A stretch of DNA of 59,230 nt, filler included, from Sluysia triapertura (lineage: Eukaryota), in assembly GCA_046118255.1 (NCBI GenBank). It is 4 parts of 4 records of this genome, joined end to end, with 100 filler letters (N's around TTAATTAATTAA, not from the genome) between each part and the next. Parts side by side here need not be neighbours in the genome. Positions count along the whole stretch, not along the records: positions 1 to 13,582 come from JBJNIA010031160.1; positions 13,683 to 25,732 come from JBJNIA010144278.1; positions 25,833 to 39,845 come from JBJNIA010009654.1; 1 more part is not named here. One strand, written 5' to 3'. A program made the translations under genes and the position numbers. This document shows, piece after piece, positions 11,615 through 25,916 of this stretch. Under the pieces are notes generated by a model. That model saw only the letters and a list, made by a program, of their open reading frames with translations. It had not been told where the DNA came from and ran no database searches. Position 1 is the stretch's first letter. Each line of letters starts with the position of its first letter.

Positions 11615-12345
11615 AAGGTTCTTACCCTCAAAAAACCATGTTACAAACATTTCGAACTCACTTATAGATTCTCCTCTTTCATATCAATAATCTCATATTC
11701 AATTTATTACATTTGCATCACTCTAAGTACAAAAGATTCAGTTGAGAATTGATTAAAATTTTACTTTGCTCAATATTAAGGCTTTCCTTGCATGAACTCG
11801 GTCAAACTATACCCTTGTCGAAAGGCCTTTCCAAAACAAATACGTATACAGTTTCAAATTTAATATAGCATTATGCATTCAAAAGTTATTCACAAAAATA
11901 TACTTTTCTTAATTAAGTTAAGATTTTAATTAATTAATCTATTTTTAGACTTAATCTTAGTTCATGTTTAAAGGTTTTATTAAGGTTCCAAAGCTATTTA
12001 ATAATTTATAAGGCATTCAGGAGGCTCTAGATGTTTTCATCTGCATCTCCCTGATTCCTTTTTCTACTTCTTTGTGTTAGTTATTATTATACTAGATTTA
12101 TTACCAATAATAAATTTAATACTAGATTTAATACCAATAACAATGATTTTATTTCTCAACGATTTTAGAAATTTTAAACATTTTATAAGATTACTCGAAG
12201 ATCTTTGATGCTTATCAAGGTTTCAGGAATACTTAAAGCTTAATAAAGTCTCAGGTGATCTGAAGGTTTACAAGATCGAAGGTACTCTAATGTCTTCAAT
12301 TTCAAGTTCCACAAGGTCTTTGGAACTCAAAGGTATTCTTCAGTT
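11615..12345 (+). repeat. Dispersed repeat family A, copy 2
   Basis: Colinear with 5198-5825. It carries an extra ~55-bp insert near 11810-11860 and a short tandem duplication at ~12090-12140. Confidence 0.8.
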
Positions 12346-12801
12346 CTCACCGCAATTATAATTATTTCCGTTTTCATCATTCTTACTCCAACAATACTGT
12401 CAAGGCGTAAATTATCTTGTGTTATATGATATTTTGTGTGATTTATATAAATAATTTTTTGTATTTTTAAATGTATTCTTAATTATTTGATTTTATTAAA
12501 TAATTATTTATATCATAATAAATTTTAAGAAAATCAAAGTAAAATTTTAATGCAAAATAAATTTTAATATTTTAAAAAATTAAATTTTAATATATTAAAT
12601 TATATTTAATTTTTAATACTCTTTATTTGAAGAAATTTGTTTAAATTAATCAATTAAGTAAACAGGTAGGAATTTTTAAGATGGAGTTGTTAAAATTAGT
12701 ATAAATTTAGGAAATTCAGAACAAATTTTTAGAAAGAAAAAACTGAGAATAATTTTTAGAAGAAAAATAATTTCATCAGAAGAATAAATTTTATTAAGCA
12801 G

Positions 12802-13300
12802 TGTGGTGGCCAACCTTATTACTCAAAATTTTAAATTGATTCACTATAATAAAAAATCACATTTCATTAATATTCCACCTTTATTTCTTCAAAAAGTATT
12901 AAAACATGTAAATATAACAAAACATTTTAAGTTTACAATTTGGTAACATTAAAATCATGCATAAGATCATTAAGTTCATATTTCAAAATTATTTCAAAAA
13001 TTTTCATCAGAATGGAATTTCTTTTTACTTCACCAACCTTATTAATTTCTTTTTACACTTCTGTTGCCTTAGAACAATGAACAATGTCGCTTACAATAAA
13101 TAATTTATAGCATATTTGAATCAGACTTTAGGATATGCAAGAATTTCAAATAATTTATAATCAAACAAAAGCGTAACAATTTAACACCTTCATCTATGTT
13201 GTCACTTTCTTTTCATTCTTCATCAACACATACTTTTCAGCATATCCTAATAAGCTTTTGTTTTCTTTTAAGAATTTCAAAGAATTTTAAAGAAGTGTAT
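12802..13300 (+). repeat. Dispersed repeat family B, copy 2 (3' limit approximate)
   Basis: Begins TGTGGTGGCCAACC, the reverse complement of 7746-7759. Confidence 0.45.
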
Positions 13301-13582
13301 AAGGAAATTAGTAAGGTTTATGAATTTTTATTATTGCTACTTTTATCATCTTTATTATTATTTTATTTAATTATTACTATTAATAGTATTACTACATATT
13401 ATTATTATTGTTGTTGTTGTTGTTGTTGATGTTGTTATTTTCATATATTAAAGAAAGGCATAAAGAAATGAAGGTGTTATTTTATTAGTTTCTTTTTTTC
13501 AATTTTGTTACTTTATTTTATTTATTATTATTATTTTCAATGTTATTATTATTGATGTTATTTTAGAATTATCAGTACTATT

Positions 13583-13682
13583 NNNNNNNNNNNNNNNNNN
13601 NNNNNNNNNNNNNNNNNNNNNNNNNNTTAATTAATTAANNNNNNNNNNNNNNNNNNNNNNNNNNNNNNNNNNNNNNNNNNNN
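13583..13682. other. Assembly gap with artificial linker
   Basis: 44 N + TTAATTAATTAA + 44 N, identical to the other two gaps. Confidence 0.98.
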
Positions 13683-16057
13683 ATAATAGAAATCAATATC
13701 CAAATATTTCTAAAAATATTACAAATATTGTAATGAAAATATTTCAAAGTATAACAATCACGCATATTTAAAGAATTAAATAAGCCAATTCATTCATTCA
13801 TTTAATTGGTAATCTTCAGATATTATTTTATTTTGACAATGTTCTTAAGATTTACTTTTTTTAAATGAAATCGAGTAATATGATTTTCAGAATACATTTA
13901 TAGTAGGATTAAAAGGGCACAATATGAAATCAGAATTTAATATCATTATAGTTAATCAAAATCATTTTAAATTAAGATAAGACAGAATAGATAGAAATTA
14001 TATGAAATTAAAATTTAGTAACACATAACATAATCGTTTTTGCACCGAAGATTAATAAATTTTACTATATATAATTATTGGTAATCATTATGCGAAATAA
14101 TTCTTTATATAACCTTTTATTGTATGTATTTGATGAATATTATAAGAGAATCTAATACTATTATTGTATGTATATAATATTGAATAAAATGAATATTATA
14201 AGAGAATTTAGTATTATTATTCTATATTGAATCTTTATACCTGTGTATATAATTACAAAAACGAATATTATAAAAGACCTTTTTCATTGTAAATCGTAAT
14301 AACTGAAAATTCATAAAAAAGAACATTCATTGGTCGGTAATTTTAGTTATTTGTATTTAAGTCTTAAAGGTAGTTATTACAATTGCTTCTATCTGGAAAA
14401 ACGAATTGATGTTACTGAAATTATTGTTCAACAGGAAAAAACTGTACTATTACTGATTGAATCCTACTGATAATTAACCATATTAATGGGGACTGCTCAA
14501 TAGACGTAAATGAATCATTGTCACCCGGCTCCTCTGGGAAAAAATTTACTATTATTAAACTGAGTCTCGTTGTCATTCTGGTAAAGTTATTAATTTTTCG
14601 GTTCAAATAAAGTCCATTTTAAATTGATTTGTTTTAACATTAAAAGTGTAAAGATAAACTATTATTCTTAAGTTTTAAAGTAACAAAATTATTCTGATTT
14701 GTATACAAATAATTATCAAATTATTGTTTTTATTGTTGCTTTTTATTGTTTTTTAGTGCATTTAAGATTTAAGCGAATCGGGAATAAAATTATCCTAAAA
14801 TAAATTAAAGTTTTCTAGAGTAAAATAAAATTCTATAAAGTGATACACAGTAGATTAAAACCTTAGGAGTCTAATAAAGTATAATTATCAATAAATAATA
14901 AGAGTAAATCAAAGTTTTGTAGAGTTCTTAGAATTAAATTATTTATAGGCACTTCTTCTTGGACGAGGGGAGTATATGAAGTGTAAGAAAGTAAAAAAAT
15001 TTACACTAGCATTTATAAAGATATAAATTTTATAATAAATTTTGCAATATAAGCTGTTTCATATTAGATTGTTATTTTAATACATTCAGTAAATTTTTAA
15101 AAATGCATTATAAATTTGTTTTATTTAATTATACTTGCAAAATAAATAAATCTTTAGTTAAAAAGTAATAATAATCTTTAAAAATATATCAAATAATTTA
15201 GTAATTAAATAAAAATAATTAAATGGATAATTAATATATAAGTGAATCTTACTTGTATCATATATTTTGTATTCATTAATTTCTACAAACATTGCTATAC
15301 CAATATTGTACAGAAAAAATGCAATCTAAAAACAAAACCAAAACTTTAATAATGTATATGCAAAATAAATTTAAATATATAACAAGTTATTTAGCGCTTT
15401 AAAGATTATAGTTTGAAATTAAAGGATGGGTCATGTGAATGATTGATTCTATTGGATTATATCTTTCAGCGTATTTCGACTGTTCAATATAAAATAAAAT
15501 ACATAGTGCATTATAAAAAGTGTTAAAAAACGTACGTTTTTAAAATAAAGAAAATATTTGTTCTCCTTTTTATTATTTTAACCATCAAGTATTATGCGCA
15601 ATATTATTGAAAATGCCATTCCATGCCATTTGCATTGATTTAAACACTATTTTGTAACAATAAGCTAATGCTCAACTACACATACTATGTCTTACATGGA
15701 TGGAAAAAATGATTTTAATTAACTTGTACCAACTTAATATGCGTGTATAATTTTAGATATATAATTTTCAGGATAAGGACAGATTATAAGATGTTAAAGA
15801 TTTGATCAACCCTTTTGCCAGAAGATAAAGTTGTGAAATAAAACCACAGTTTACACGGTTTTAATATGTACATTTTATAACTGCATTTTTTAAAAATATT
15901 ATTATATTATTACTATTATTATGTTCAGGATAATTGAATAGTGATAATAAATGTTATAATTATTATTATAATTAATAATTATTATTATTAATTATTATTA
16001 AATCTTATAATTAATGCTTAAAATAATGTTTGAATTCGTAAAAAATGATTTAATTGT

Positions 16058-16191
16058 ATGATGAGCCATTTTGATAGGAATAAAATATTCTGAAATTTGA
16101 ATTTATAAATAATGATGAGCCATCACGAATTTGATAATAAAATGTCACTAAAAATGAGTCATTTAGTTCAAATGCATGATGAGTCATCATG
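16058..16191. promoter_or_regulatory. Cluster of four AP-1/TRE-like sites (ATGAG(T/C)CAT)
   Basis: ATGAGCCAT at 16061 and 16115; ATGAGTCAT at 16154 and within the palindrome CATGATGAGTCATCATG at 16175-16191. Function is not shown. Confidence 0.35.
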
Positions 16192-19100
16192 AGGTAGTTA
16201 TGTTAATAAATGAAAAATGTAAGTAATGAATGGATAAATGATAGAATGCCGAGAATTAAAAATATTTGGGTAGTCAAATATTACATAAATATATAATTTG
16301 GTACAACTGTATAATACAAAATGTAAATGTTAATAAAAATGTGAATGAAACGAATTAGTTAATGTTATGAAAAATATTATGCATTATGATGTTATGTTAA
16401 TAGATGAAAAGTATAAATAATGAATGTATGAATTAATGAAGTGTATATAAAAAAGTGAATAAAATAAATGAATGCGAATGTATTAATGAAATGTGTGTCT
16501 TTGATATTAATATGAGCAATAATATAAATTAATTTTATTTAATATAAATTTTATTTTATGTCGAATGGTAAATTTATAACAATATGAGCAATATAAATTC
16601 TTAATTTCATTTATTGTGCAGGATAGTAAATTTATTTCTAATAATATTAGATAGTAGGGAAAAATAAATGTGATATATTAATACCCGACAGGATATTTCA
16701 ACCTTTAATAATTAGTTCCATAATTGTAAGTGCTCTATTTGGCGAATTGATAACGAGTGCACATTCGAGTATTTATTTTTTTTGCTGTAAAAAATTGATT
16801 TGTCTATTACCGGTGGGGATTTAGAAATAAAGATTTCTTTTAGGATTTAAAATGATAGTCCGTAGACATTTCGTTTAGCACTTCCACCTTTGAAAGCAGA
16901 AACAAGCATTGAACTCAATCTCCAAATTAAGAGAAATATTGAATAAATTAAGATAAAGTTACAAAGAGAATTTAATTGAGATCTAGAATAATTTGATTAA
17001 TAATTAACATTTTAGAGCCCAGTAAGTAAAAAAATGATAGAGAATAAACGTTAAAGTAATTTATAAATGTAAAGTTAACATTTTATAATAACTATAAACA
17101 ATTAAAGTATAACTAATACAGTTAACATATTTTACGTAAAGCGCAGGTTCAAAATATTATTAAGGAATAAAATATGAAATTCTGTAAGTTTAATATTATC
17201 AATAAAAAGCATAAATTTTGACAAGAATTAAAGTGTAAAACCGACTAGGAATTAAGACGTGAGATTAAACCAAACAGTATATATAGCATTATAAAAGTTA
17301 AAAATTTTACAATTAACAAATCAATAAATACTTTTTATTAATGTTTTTGAATTTTTATTTTTTCTCAACAATCCTTAAATATAATTTCATTTCTTTCACA
17401 ATATATTATTAAAATTAAAATTACTTTAACATTTTTAATTAAGAAATGTTACCAGAAAAAAATATACTTTATTAAAAACATTAACATTATTACATTCTAT
17501 GAAAATGAAAAAATTCCTGAAGAAACAGTAAATTCAAGAGTCAAACGCACATCACACCATAATAAATCTACTATCTATTCGCGTAACTAGACCGTGACAG
17601 TATAAGGATTTCTCATTTATCCATGTGGTGAGGAAAAACCGGAAATATTATTTAAAATAAATATATATTGTATTTAAATAATATTAATTACAATGAATGT
17701 TAAAAAGTATTTTTATTATTGTTAATATTTTAAATAAAATTTATTCTTACCTTTAATTTGGTTTCATTAATTTCCATTATTATGTAGATTATTATAATTA
17801 TAATTATAGTTGAGACTATTTCAAGAATTAAAAAAATAAATAAATGATTTTAAAAAATGAATTTAATAGAAAAATTTTAAATTAAAAAAAGTAGAATTTA
17901 CTTATTTTGATTTTATTAAATGAAATAAATCTTGATCAAATTATTGAATTTTATCTGACTTATTTACCGAACTAATGAAAAAAATCTAATTTTTTCATAG
18001 AATTGTAATCATATACCAACGTGAAAAAAATAATGAAATAAATATGTTGAAAAAATTACTTTTATAATAGCATTTTTAAAAGGTTTGGAAAAAAAGATTC
18101 AATATTAATATGGTCATTTGTGTAGATTGATGTAGATACGAACAATTTAAAATATGAAAATAATATAATATTGAAATTAGGACGTGAAAATAAGTGTAAT
18201 TTGGTGATGATAATTAGAAAGTTTATGTAAATGTTTTGTGAATTATATTTCAAATGTACATAACGAAATTGTAAGGTTAATTTTATGAAGATGTTTTTAT
18301 AAAAGTTGTGATGCAGAAATTTATGAAAATCGTGTTATCTGTTGCTGCGATTTTTTGAAAGACAGATGTCGAAGATATAAATCATTATGTTTACATTTAC
18401 ATCAATCTCATCATTTGAAATAAAACTTGTTTCAAAACGACAAAAATTTAATATGGTTTATCTTTAAAGCAACAACGATTATCAATTCCACAACTTTTAC
18501 AATACTAATACAATAATTACAGCATTTAACTTGCAGCTGGCAGCAGACGCGTTAAATTTAAAATAAACTTATTAGTTTATTTTTTAAATATAAATTAATG
18601 TACACAAATATCGAAATCTAACCATCCAAATATCATAAGATAAATTACACAGTTTCCATGACGATGGTTCTATTATATTATAATGTTCATTAAATGAATA
18701 TATAAGAGATAATAAAAACGAAATAAAAAATATCGTCAAAGCCGTTTTGTACGTCGGTTTCATCTTTGTTTCTGGACATCTACAACGAATATTACTTTAT
18801 ACTTATATTCCTAAAATAAATATTACTTTCTTTCTATTACAAATATTTGATAGATAGGCTTTATTCAGTATTTATCAGATTAATTTGTTCGTTACTTTTA
18901 GTCAATCTTATTAATATGAACTTTAACGTGAAAACTGGTTCTATATTGAAGGGCGATTTTAAATTCGATCAATGTCTTAGGTCTTTATGTCACGAAAGTA
19001 CCTATCAAGTAAACTAGGTAAATCAATGAATGCTTGATTAATGCAACGACATAATGAAAAAGAAGGTCACATGCAATTTCGAGTGTTTTATTAACAAAAT

Positions 19101-19779
19101 TTTCAATTGTAAAGGATTTTAATTGAAACATTTTCAAAGCCTTCAAATACTTTATTATAGATATTACTAATTGCATTACTGTACCAACTACTCAGTTCAC
19201 GTTTGAAAATATAATTTCGGCGTCAATAAATTTTACTGATTACTTATTGCCAGCATTGATTATGAATATGTCGTTTACTGTTTATAATCATCAAATAATT
19301 GTAGAGAAGATGATTTAGTCATAAAAGATTATTGTACCGCGACGCTGATACGACAAGTTCTATTTAAGATAAAAGTTTTGAAATTTCTTAAGTCATTTAT
19401 TTTAACTTTTTATTTATTTTGATTTTATATCAATGATATATTATAATTAGTTAAGTTCGTCGTTTTTCTTTCGTATACTACTCAATTTATTTAAAATATG
19501 TAAAATACTGGATTTTCTGACATAATTTCTTGGAACCGTTGGTCTGCTTTTTTCTAAGGACGTTCTTTTTGCATCAGTATGGACACTTCAATCCATTAAT
19601 AAGTAATATGAAACTATAAAATTTCTGATGCTTAATAGTTAATTTTTGTACTCTTTTTGCATTGCAGACAGTAAAATTTTCGATACTCTAAAATAATTAA
19701 TGGTAAATTGCCTTCTGAATTATCTACATAAACTAAGTGAAAGCATTTTTAACACATTATTGACATGTGTATTTAATGC

Positions 19780-19935
19780 TGTTGGGGTAAAAAGGCGTAA
19801 GGTGCCATTTTGTAAAATTGACAATAATAAAATAAAACTGTTAGACGGGGCTAAAAGCTCAGTAGTAGAGCATCGACTGCGCAGACAGAGGTCCCAGGTT
19901 CGATCCCCGGTCAGTCCATTTTATGAAGTCTAACA
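19780..19935 (+). mobile_element. tRNA-containing short solo-LTR-like element, copy 2, with 4-bp TSD
   Basis: TGTT...AACA termini and ATGC on both flanks (19776-19779, 19936-19939). Internal tRNA-like cassette at 19848-19918 with A box, B box (GGTTCGATCCC) and a T-run. Confidence 0.85.
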
Positions 19936-20587
19936 ATGCAATGTAAAAATGTATTGTCTTTTTACAATAAATAGAATCTTTAAATTATATCTTTAAATAT
20001 TGGAAATATGTTTAAAATCTATACATTCTCAAATATTCAAAAAATTATTTTATAATTAAATTAAATTCATAAATAATGCAAATGTAACAAATTAAGGTAA
20101 GTTAAAAATAATCATTAAAAGTTAAATTTTAACTATATTTGCTATTTGAACTCACGTAAAACTAATGTATTAAAAACTGAATTAATCAGCTTGATAAAAG
20201 CTTAGCCACTGTCAGTAATGCTGCTTAGCGTAAGACATTATAATTGCCTTGATCTTGAAATTTTATTTATAAATAGCCTTATTATATCATCAAACTTCTA
20301 CGTACTTGCTTAGGACTTTGGAAATTTACGAAGTTAGCTTGGAATTCAGTAGAAGTTATTTTATGCTTTTAGAATGATAAGGATTGAAACAAAATTAAAA
20401 TCAATTTTACTTTCATTTTAAAAAACTAATATATTAGTAATTTTAATGTAAGATTAAGTATAATGTATAAATATATTACAATTATTTTAAAGATGAATTA
20501 AGTTAAAGGAATTATAAAGTTAATTCAACTAATATTTAAATCTTTTATAAGAATATATAAAAAAATTAATAAAATGAATAATTTACC

Positions 20588-20819
20588 TTGAACATGTTTT
20601 AAAAATAAATTGACCAATAAAAGCTCCCATAAAATACAACGTGTGCAAACCAATAATCAAAAAAATCAACTCCACATTTGATTCGAAAAAATTCATAACT
20701 TTTTGGTTATTATAAGTTTTTATACTACTTTTAACCTCAAAAACCGTTAAAATAATTTCATAAATAACACCAATAAATATAGATATGAACCAAAACGGTA
20801 TGATATTGAAACAAAACAA
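20588..20819 (-). CDS. Possible exon of a membrane protein (two hydrophobic segments, MFS-like)
   Basis: The open frame ends at an AG|gtaaat donor. LYFMGAFIGQFIF resembles MFS TM2. No flanking exons were found. Confidence 0.3.
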
Positions 20820-23073
20820 TTCTATAAAATTACCCGATAACTAAATTAAATTTAAGTATAAATATTATTTTATATAAATTAATATTTTCATATGTAGTAA
20901 TGACACGGTGCGTTGATGTATTTCTAAGAACTTTAGTTTTGAAATTAATAATTTTTACAAAACATCATTAAATTTTTACAATATACATTTGAACATTCTT
21001 CCATTAATCTTAACTTAAATCCTTACGCATTTTTCAACTAAATCTACAATTTTAAATCGTGGTTATAACTCGTTTCTGATATAAGAGATGCAAATAGAAT
21101 TTAAATTCTCTTTCTCAAAAACAAAAAATTCTAGTCAATGAAAATTTATCAGGGTAACAATGATATATAAAATATTTAAATACATAAATATGTAAAATAT
21201 AAAATATATAAATGAGTAATGGCAAAAAATCTAATACGATATGTAATGCTTTGAAAGAAAAAAATTAAAATAATGTTAAAATAATTTGTTACACATTATT
21301 TTAAACTTAGGATATAGTACTTAATAATATGATTCAAATAATTTTCAAGCTCAAATAAATTGTTTTTCAACTTTTCTCAATAATTCATTAAATAATTCAT
21401 CCGAATCAGATAAGATTATCAATAATGCGATTGTCAAATCGAATTATCAACCAGTTTTAACGCGTCAATAACTTTTCTCGTTTGTGTTTTATGTTTCTCT
21501 GTGTTTTATAGTGGAAAATAATCTCCTATAGAGTCTTTTTTATAGGTACCATCTATAGCCAAAAATTTATTTGTCTGTCTTCTATAATATTTTAATTTTT
21601 GTAAATATTTTAATTTGTGAATTAGTGCGAAAACATTAATTTAATTAAGATAAAACAGCGGTTATTAAGATTACTAATGCTGTTTTTTTATTTCTTTTAC
21701 ACTACACAAAATTAATTCACTAATATGGGTTCATCTAATGTACAACTTATATTCCTGCGAAAGATCTACCTATATGATTTTTTTACTCAAAATAAAGTCT
21801 ACATGGCTAAAAATAAATCATTCTTACTTTTTTTGCTAATAAAAAGAAAACTTTATTTTTATTCTTTGTATGATTTTGCCTTAATAATCAGTATTTGATT
21901 AATACTCTTACCAATATTATAATTAACAAACAACTCGGTACAAATTTCTAAAATTTTATTAATAACAAAATACATATTAAAACGGTACTTACAAATACAG
22001 CTTTTAAATAATGAAAAATGTATCAATTTACAACTGACGAGAATGCACTCTTCCACGGTTGTACAAATATATAAGTTAATAATTATTTTATTGAATATCT
22101 AATAAATACATCGACATTTTGTAAAGATTTTATTACTGTTATTTAAAAACAGCACAAGCTTTAACAATTTTAAGTATCAGTTTAGAACTTACTCTTAGGT
22201 AATGGAAAAAATACCTATATAGAAATCAGTGTTTAAAAACAGTAGTGTTGAATATCGAATTTTGGGAATAATTTTATTTGCGATTATATATACTAAACTT
22301 CCTCTTTATATACCCAAAATTTGAGAGTAATTATTCAATTAAAATTATTCTGTTTTTAGTATACATTTATTTATTTCTTTTCAGGTTAAATGAAGTACGT
22401 TTATTTATTTATTTTAAGGTAAATATTTGAGGCTATTTTATTATTAATTTTATATTTTAGACAAATAAAAATGTAATCAAAATCACTCTTAAACAATATA
22501 TCGATTTAAGGTAGTTACGAATCTGAAAAACATGACAACTAGGTCCTAAACACAACACGAATAACGTGACTTGAGTATATTTAAATTAATAATAAACCTT
22601 TTCTTAATTATCTCGCATTTATGACATTTTGAAATTATTTAAAAATTGATTTTTTAATGTATTAACTGTCTTTTCAAAAAATCATCTTAAAATGTTCAAT
22701 TGTATCATACCAATTTTAGCATTGAAAATCAATTTTCGTTTAAAGTACTGAACCAGTTTTTAACTAGTTAAGCTATTTTGAAAATTAGAAATTATATATT
22801 CAAGATAATCATCTTGAGAATAATCATCGAATTCACAAAGTTTCATTTACGACAGTTGTTATTCGAATAATAAGCAACTGACGAATTGAATGAGCCTTAT
22901 CAAAATCACTGAGTAGAACACCTACGAATGTTGTAAAATTTTGAATTACAGTATTCTTACTGTCCATATAATTAGGGTGGATGTTCGAATTTTTCATCAG
23001 TCAATATTATTTGTTTTGAAAGTTTGTTGGTTTATATGCTTCAAAATTTGACATATGTATGTATATATATTAA

Positions 23074-23173
23074 CACGTTACATGGCTTGCCCATCTGGCA
23101 AAAATAAATTCCTCAGTATATGTTTCTAATAATGTTGGCTTCGCCGGTCACGGGTAATTAATTAATTAACGTG
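23074..23173. mobile_element. TTAA-flanked piggyBac-type MITE (100 bp)
   Basis: TTAA|CACGTTA ... TAACGTG|TTAA with GC-rich subterminal blocks. Confidence 0.55.
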
Positions 23174-25627
23174 TTAATTAATGATAATATTAATAATAAT
23201 GTTTATACAGATTAAACTGAATTTTAATGTCTTATGATATTAATTTATTATCTATATTGGTTTGTTTCATTTTATTTATGATTATGTAAATGTAAATAAG
23301 TGTAAAATAAAAAGAGCACAATATAATTAAACACTTTGAAATAAACTACGAATGTTCGCTTACAATTGACTATTTAACGCTCGAATACTTCATATTTGGA
23401 AATGAAAATATTACCGAATGAAAAATAAAAATGAAAATATAATTGAATATTCAGAAATAATGTTCATGAACATCTTGAAGATTTAATGTTTGAATAAATT
23501 TGAGAATTTTGATGAGCCGTAAGTAAAAATTTTGCATGCAAATTTAAATTGTAAAATGTAAATTATTAGCCACAATAAATTATGTCTAAAAATAGAAATA
23601 TAAGTGGATGCAATATATAAGATTGAATGTTTCAAATGGTGAATTGTTATAATAAAGATATATTCAACATGTCTGGTTGTGAATAAGAATAATTTATCTG
23701 AATTATTTATCAATAATAATAATAAAGTTTATAATAGTAAATTTGAATGTTTAAAATAGTGTACTGAATGTGATTAATACATTGAAGAAGATTGAATGTG
23801 CGCTAAATAATAATGTAAATACTGTAAATAATTAAACGTAAATACTGTAATTAACTAAACTTTTATATTTTGTACATAATTAATATTATAATTTGTAAAT
23901 AATTAAATTTTTGAAAATAATTATATCAAAAACCGAAAAAATTATAAACTGTAACTTTTAATTATTAACATGAAATTACTGTAAATATTTATCAAAAAAC
24001 TGAACAATTATATGTAAATAATCAAACTTTTATAATGAACTTATTATTGTCTAGCAAAAAATTGTTTATAAAAAATTATTATTTAATTGTCAAAACTATA
24101 AACATTTATGTGGGATTATTGCAAATTTATATAATTAAATCATTATTAAACAATTATCTGCCAGTCATTTGGAACCATATAAATAGTTAAGAATAAAAGT
24201 AAAAATTTCAATAAAAAATTAATTACGAGTCTTAAAGTTTTTCAGCAAGCGAGATCATTTTTTCAAAAGAAGGATTCTAAATAGTCGAGGGCAAGATTTT
24301 TCAACAATCGAGATCGTGTTTAATCAGGATTTTACATAAATTGGGATAATCACACTTTGGAGATCTTTAATGTTCCATCTTAATAAATAAGTTCATTCTG
24401 TTAGGTTTTATGCATAAATACATTGTATCAAAATTACACTCAAAATCATTTTCAATTTAAAAAATCCAAGAATTAAAATCCATATCAAAATATATTTTTA
24501 TAAATTTGCAATAATTTATAGTATATTATATTATTATTGAATTGTTATTTTTTAACTTTGTTATTGTTGAATGAATAATTTTTGTGTTTTAAAGTAATTT
24601 TTCATTGAAAATAGTAAAATACAGTAAAATATAAGATAAAAAGAGAAGTAAAATTCATTTGAATTGAACAATTTTGATCGTTACGTCCCTAATAATTTTA
24701 ATTGTTGTGTATCATTGTTTAAAGAGAAAATTTTAGTCTAAAGAGCTAATTTTAGACGAAGGAATTAACAGATTTGACAGTAAAATTATAAGTGTCACGT
24801 TGTCAAATAATTATCTTTTAAGTTACTTATAGTTGGTTAAATATTAAAAAGATAATTTGAATTGCTAAATAACGTCACGAGAGGATAGTTTTTTTAATTT
24901 ACCTAATAGTTAATCTAGTGACCCTCATTATTCCAAAGATTAAGTTACTCTTTCGTAGACTTGACATTACCTGTGGATTCGTCCTTTTCGTATGATAAAT
25001 CGCATCACGCAGGCGGACCCATAACACATTATAATTGTTTTAAACTAAGTAAAAGTTGAACAATAATAATAATAAAATCTATAGCAGTGTATTGAATTTC
25101 ATTAAAATAAACTATATATAAATTGTATATAAACTGTACATAAACAATATTTACAATTGTTTATGTATACAATACAATTTTGTAATAACACTGATCAAAA
25201 AATTTCTACAAAATTGTAATTATACCGATAATTTAGGTAGAATATTCTAAAACGTGTAAATAAATTTACAAAATTATTTATTATGATTTAAAATTATAAT
25301 TATATTGATAATGTAGACTACTGTAAATATATATAAATTATTTACTATTGTAATTATATCGACAATTTATACAAACTATGATAAAACTTGTACATATATT
25401 GATAAAATTATTAAAATTAGTTGACTCAAGCAACTAAATTAATGGAAATGAAATCGTCCTTAGTTAAATGTATAACAGAGCAATTTAAACGGTGAGACAA
25501 AATAATACTCGCTTGTGCTTGTATTCTTAGATCTCTAGACTTTTAAGAGACCGAAAGTTTAATTTAAGAACACATTCAACAAAAATGCTGACATAAAACA
25601 TATAAATCATATGATATCGTGCTAGAT

Positions 25628-25732
25628 CAGTGATTCTCAGCCTTTTTTTGTTGCTGCACTATTTTAAAGATTTCAAAATTTGGCGGCACAGTTTAAAAAT
25701 TATTTAATTAAATGTGCAAAATAAAGTAATAT
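25628..25732 (+). mobile_element. Left end of a hAT (Buster/Charlie-type) MITE running into the gap
   Basis: CAGTGATTCTCAGCCTTTTT terminus preceded by gctagat, with an internal tggcggcac motif. The right end is not visible. Confidence 0.5.
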
Positions 25733-25832
25733 NNNNNNNNNNNNNNNNNNNNNNNNNNNNNNNNNNNNNNNNNNNNTTAATTAATTAANNNNNNNNNNNN
25801 NNNNNNNNNNNNNNNNNNNNNNNNNNNNNNNN
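25733..25832. other. Assembly gap with artificial linker
   Basis: 44 N + TTAATTAATTAA + 44 N. Confidence 0.98.
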
Positions 25833-25873
25833 ATCCTATAGTAAAATTAGTTATACTATTATTTTCGTGACAT

Positions 25874-25916
<43 letters not shown>

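Noticed and set aside
13196-13429. Short hydrophobic ORFs across AT-rich intergenic DNA, such as this one ending YYYYCCCCCC
   Set aside because: Products of microsatellites and AT bias, with no splice or homology support.
13627-13638. TTAATTAATTAA motif recurring three times between N runs
   Set aside because: Identical 44N-12-44N layout with stops in all six frames; it is a scaffolding linker, not biology.
16190-16211. let-7-like seed TGAGGTAGT
   Set aside because: No complementary arm for a pre-miRNA hairpin, and the downstream part is a local repeat (again at ~16391).
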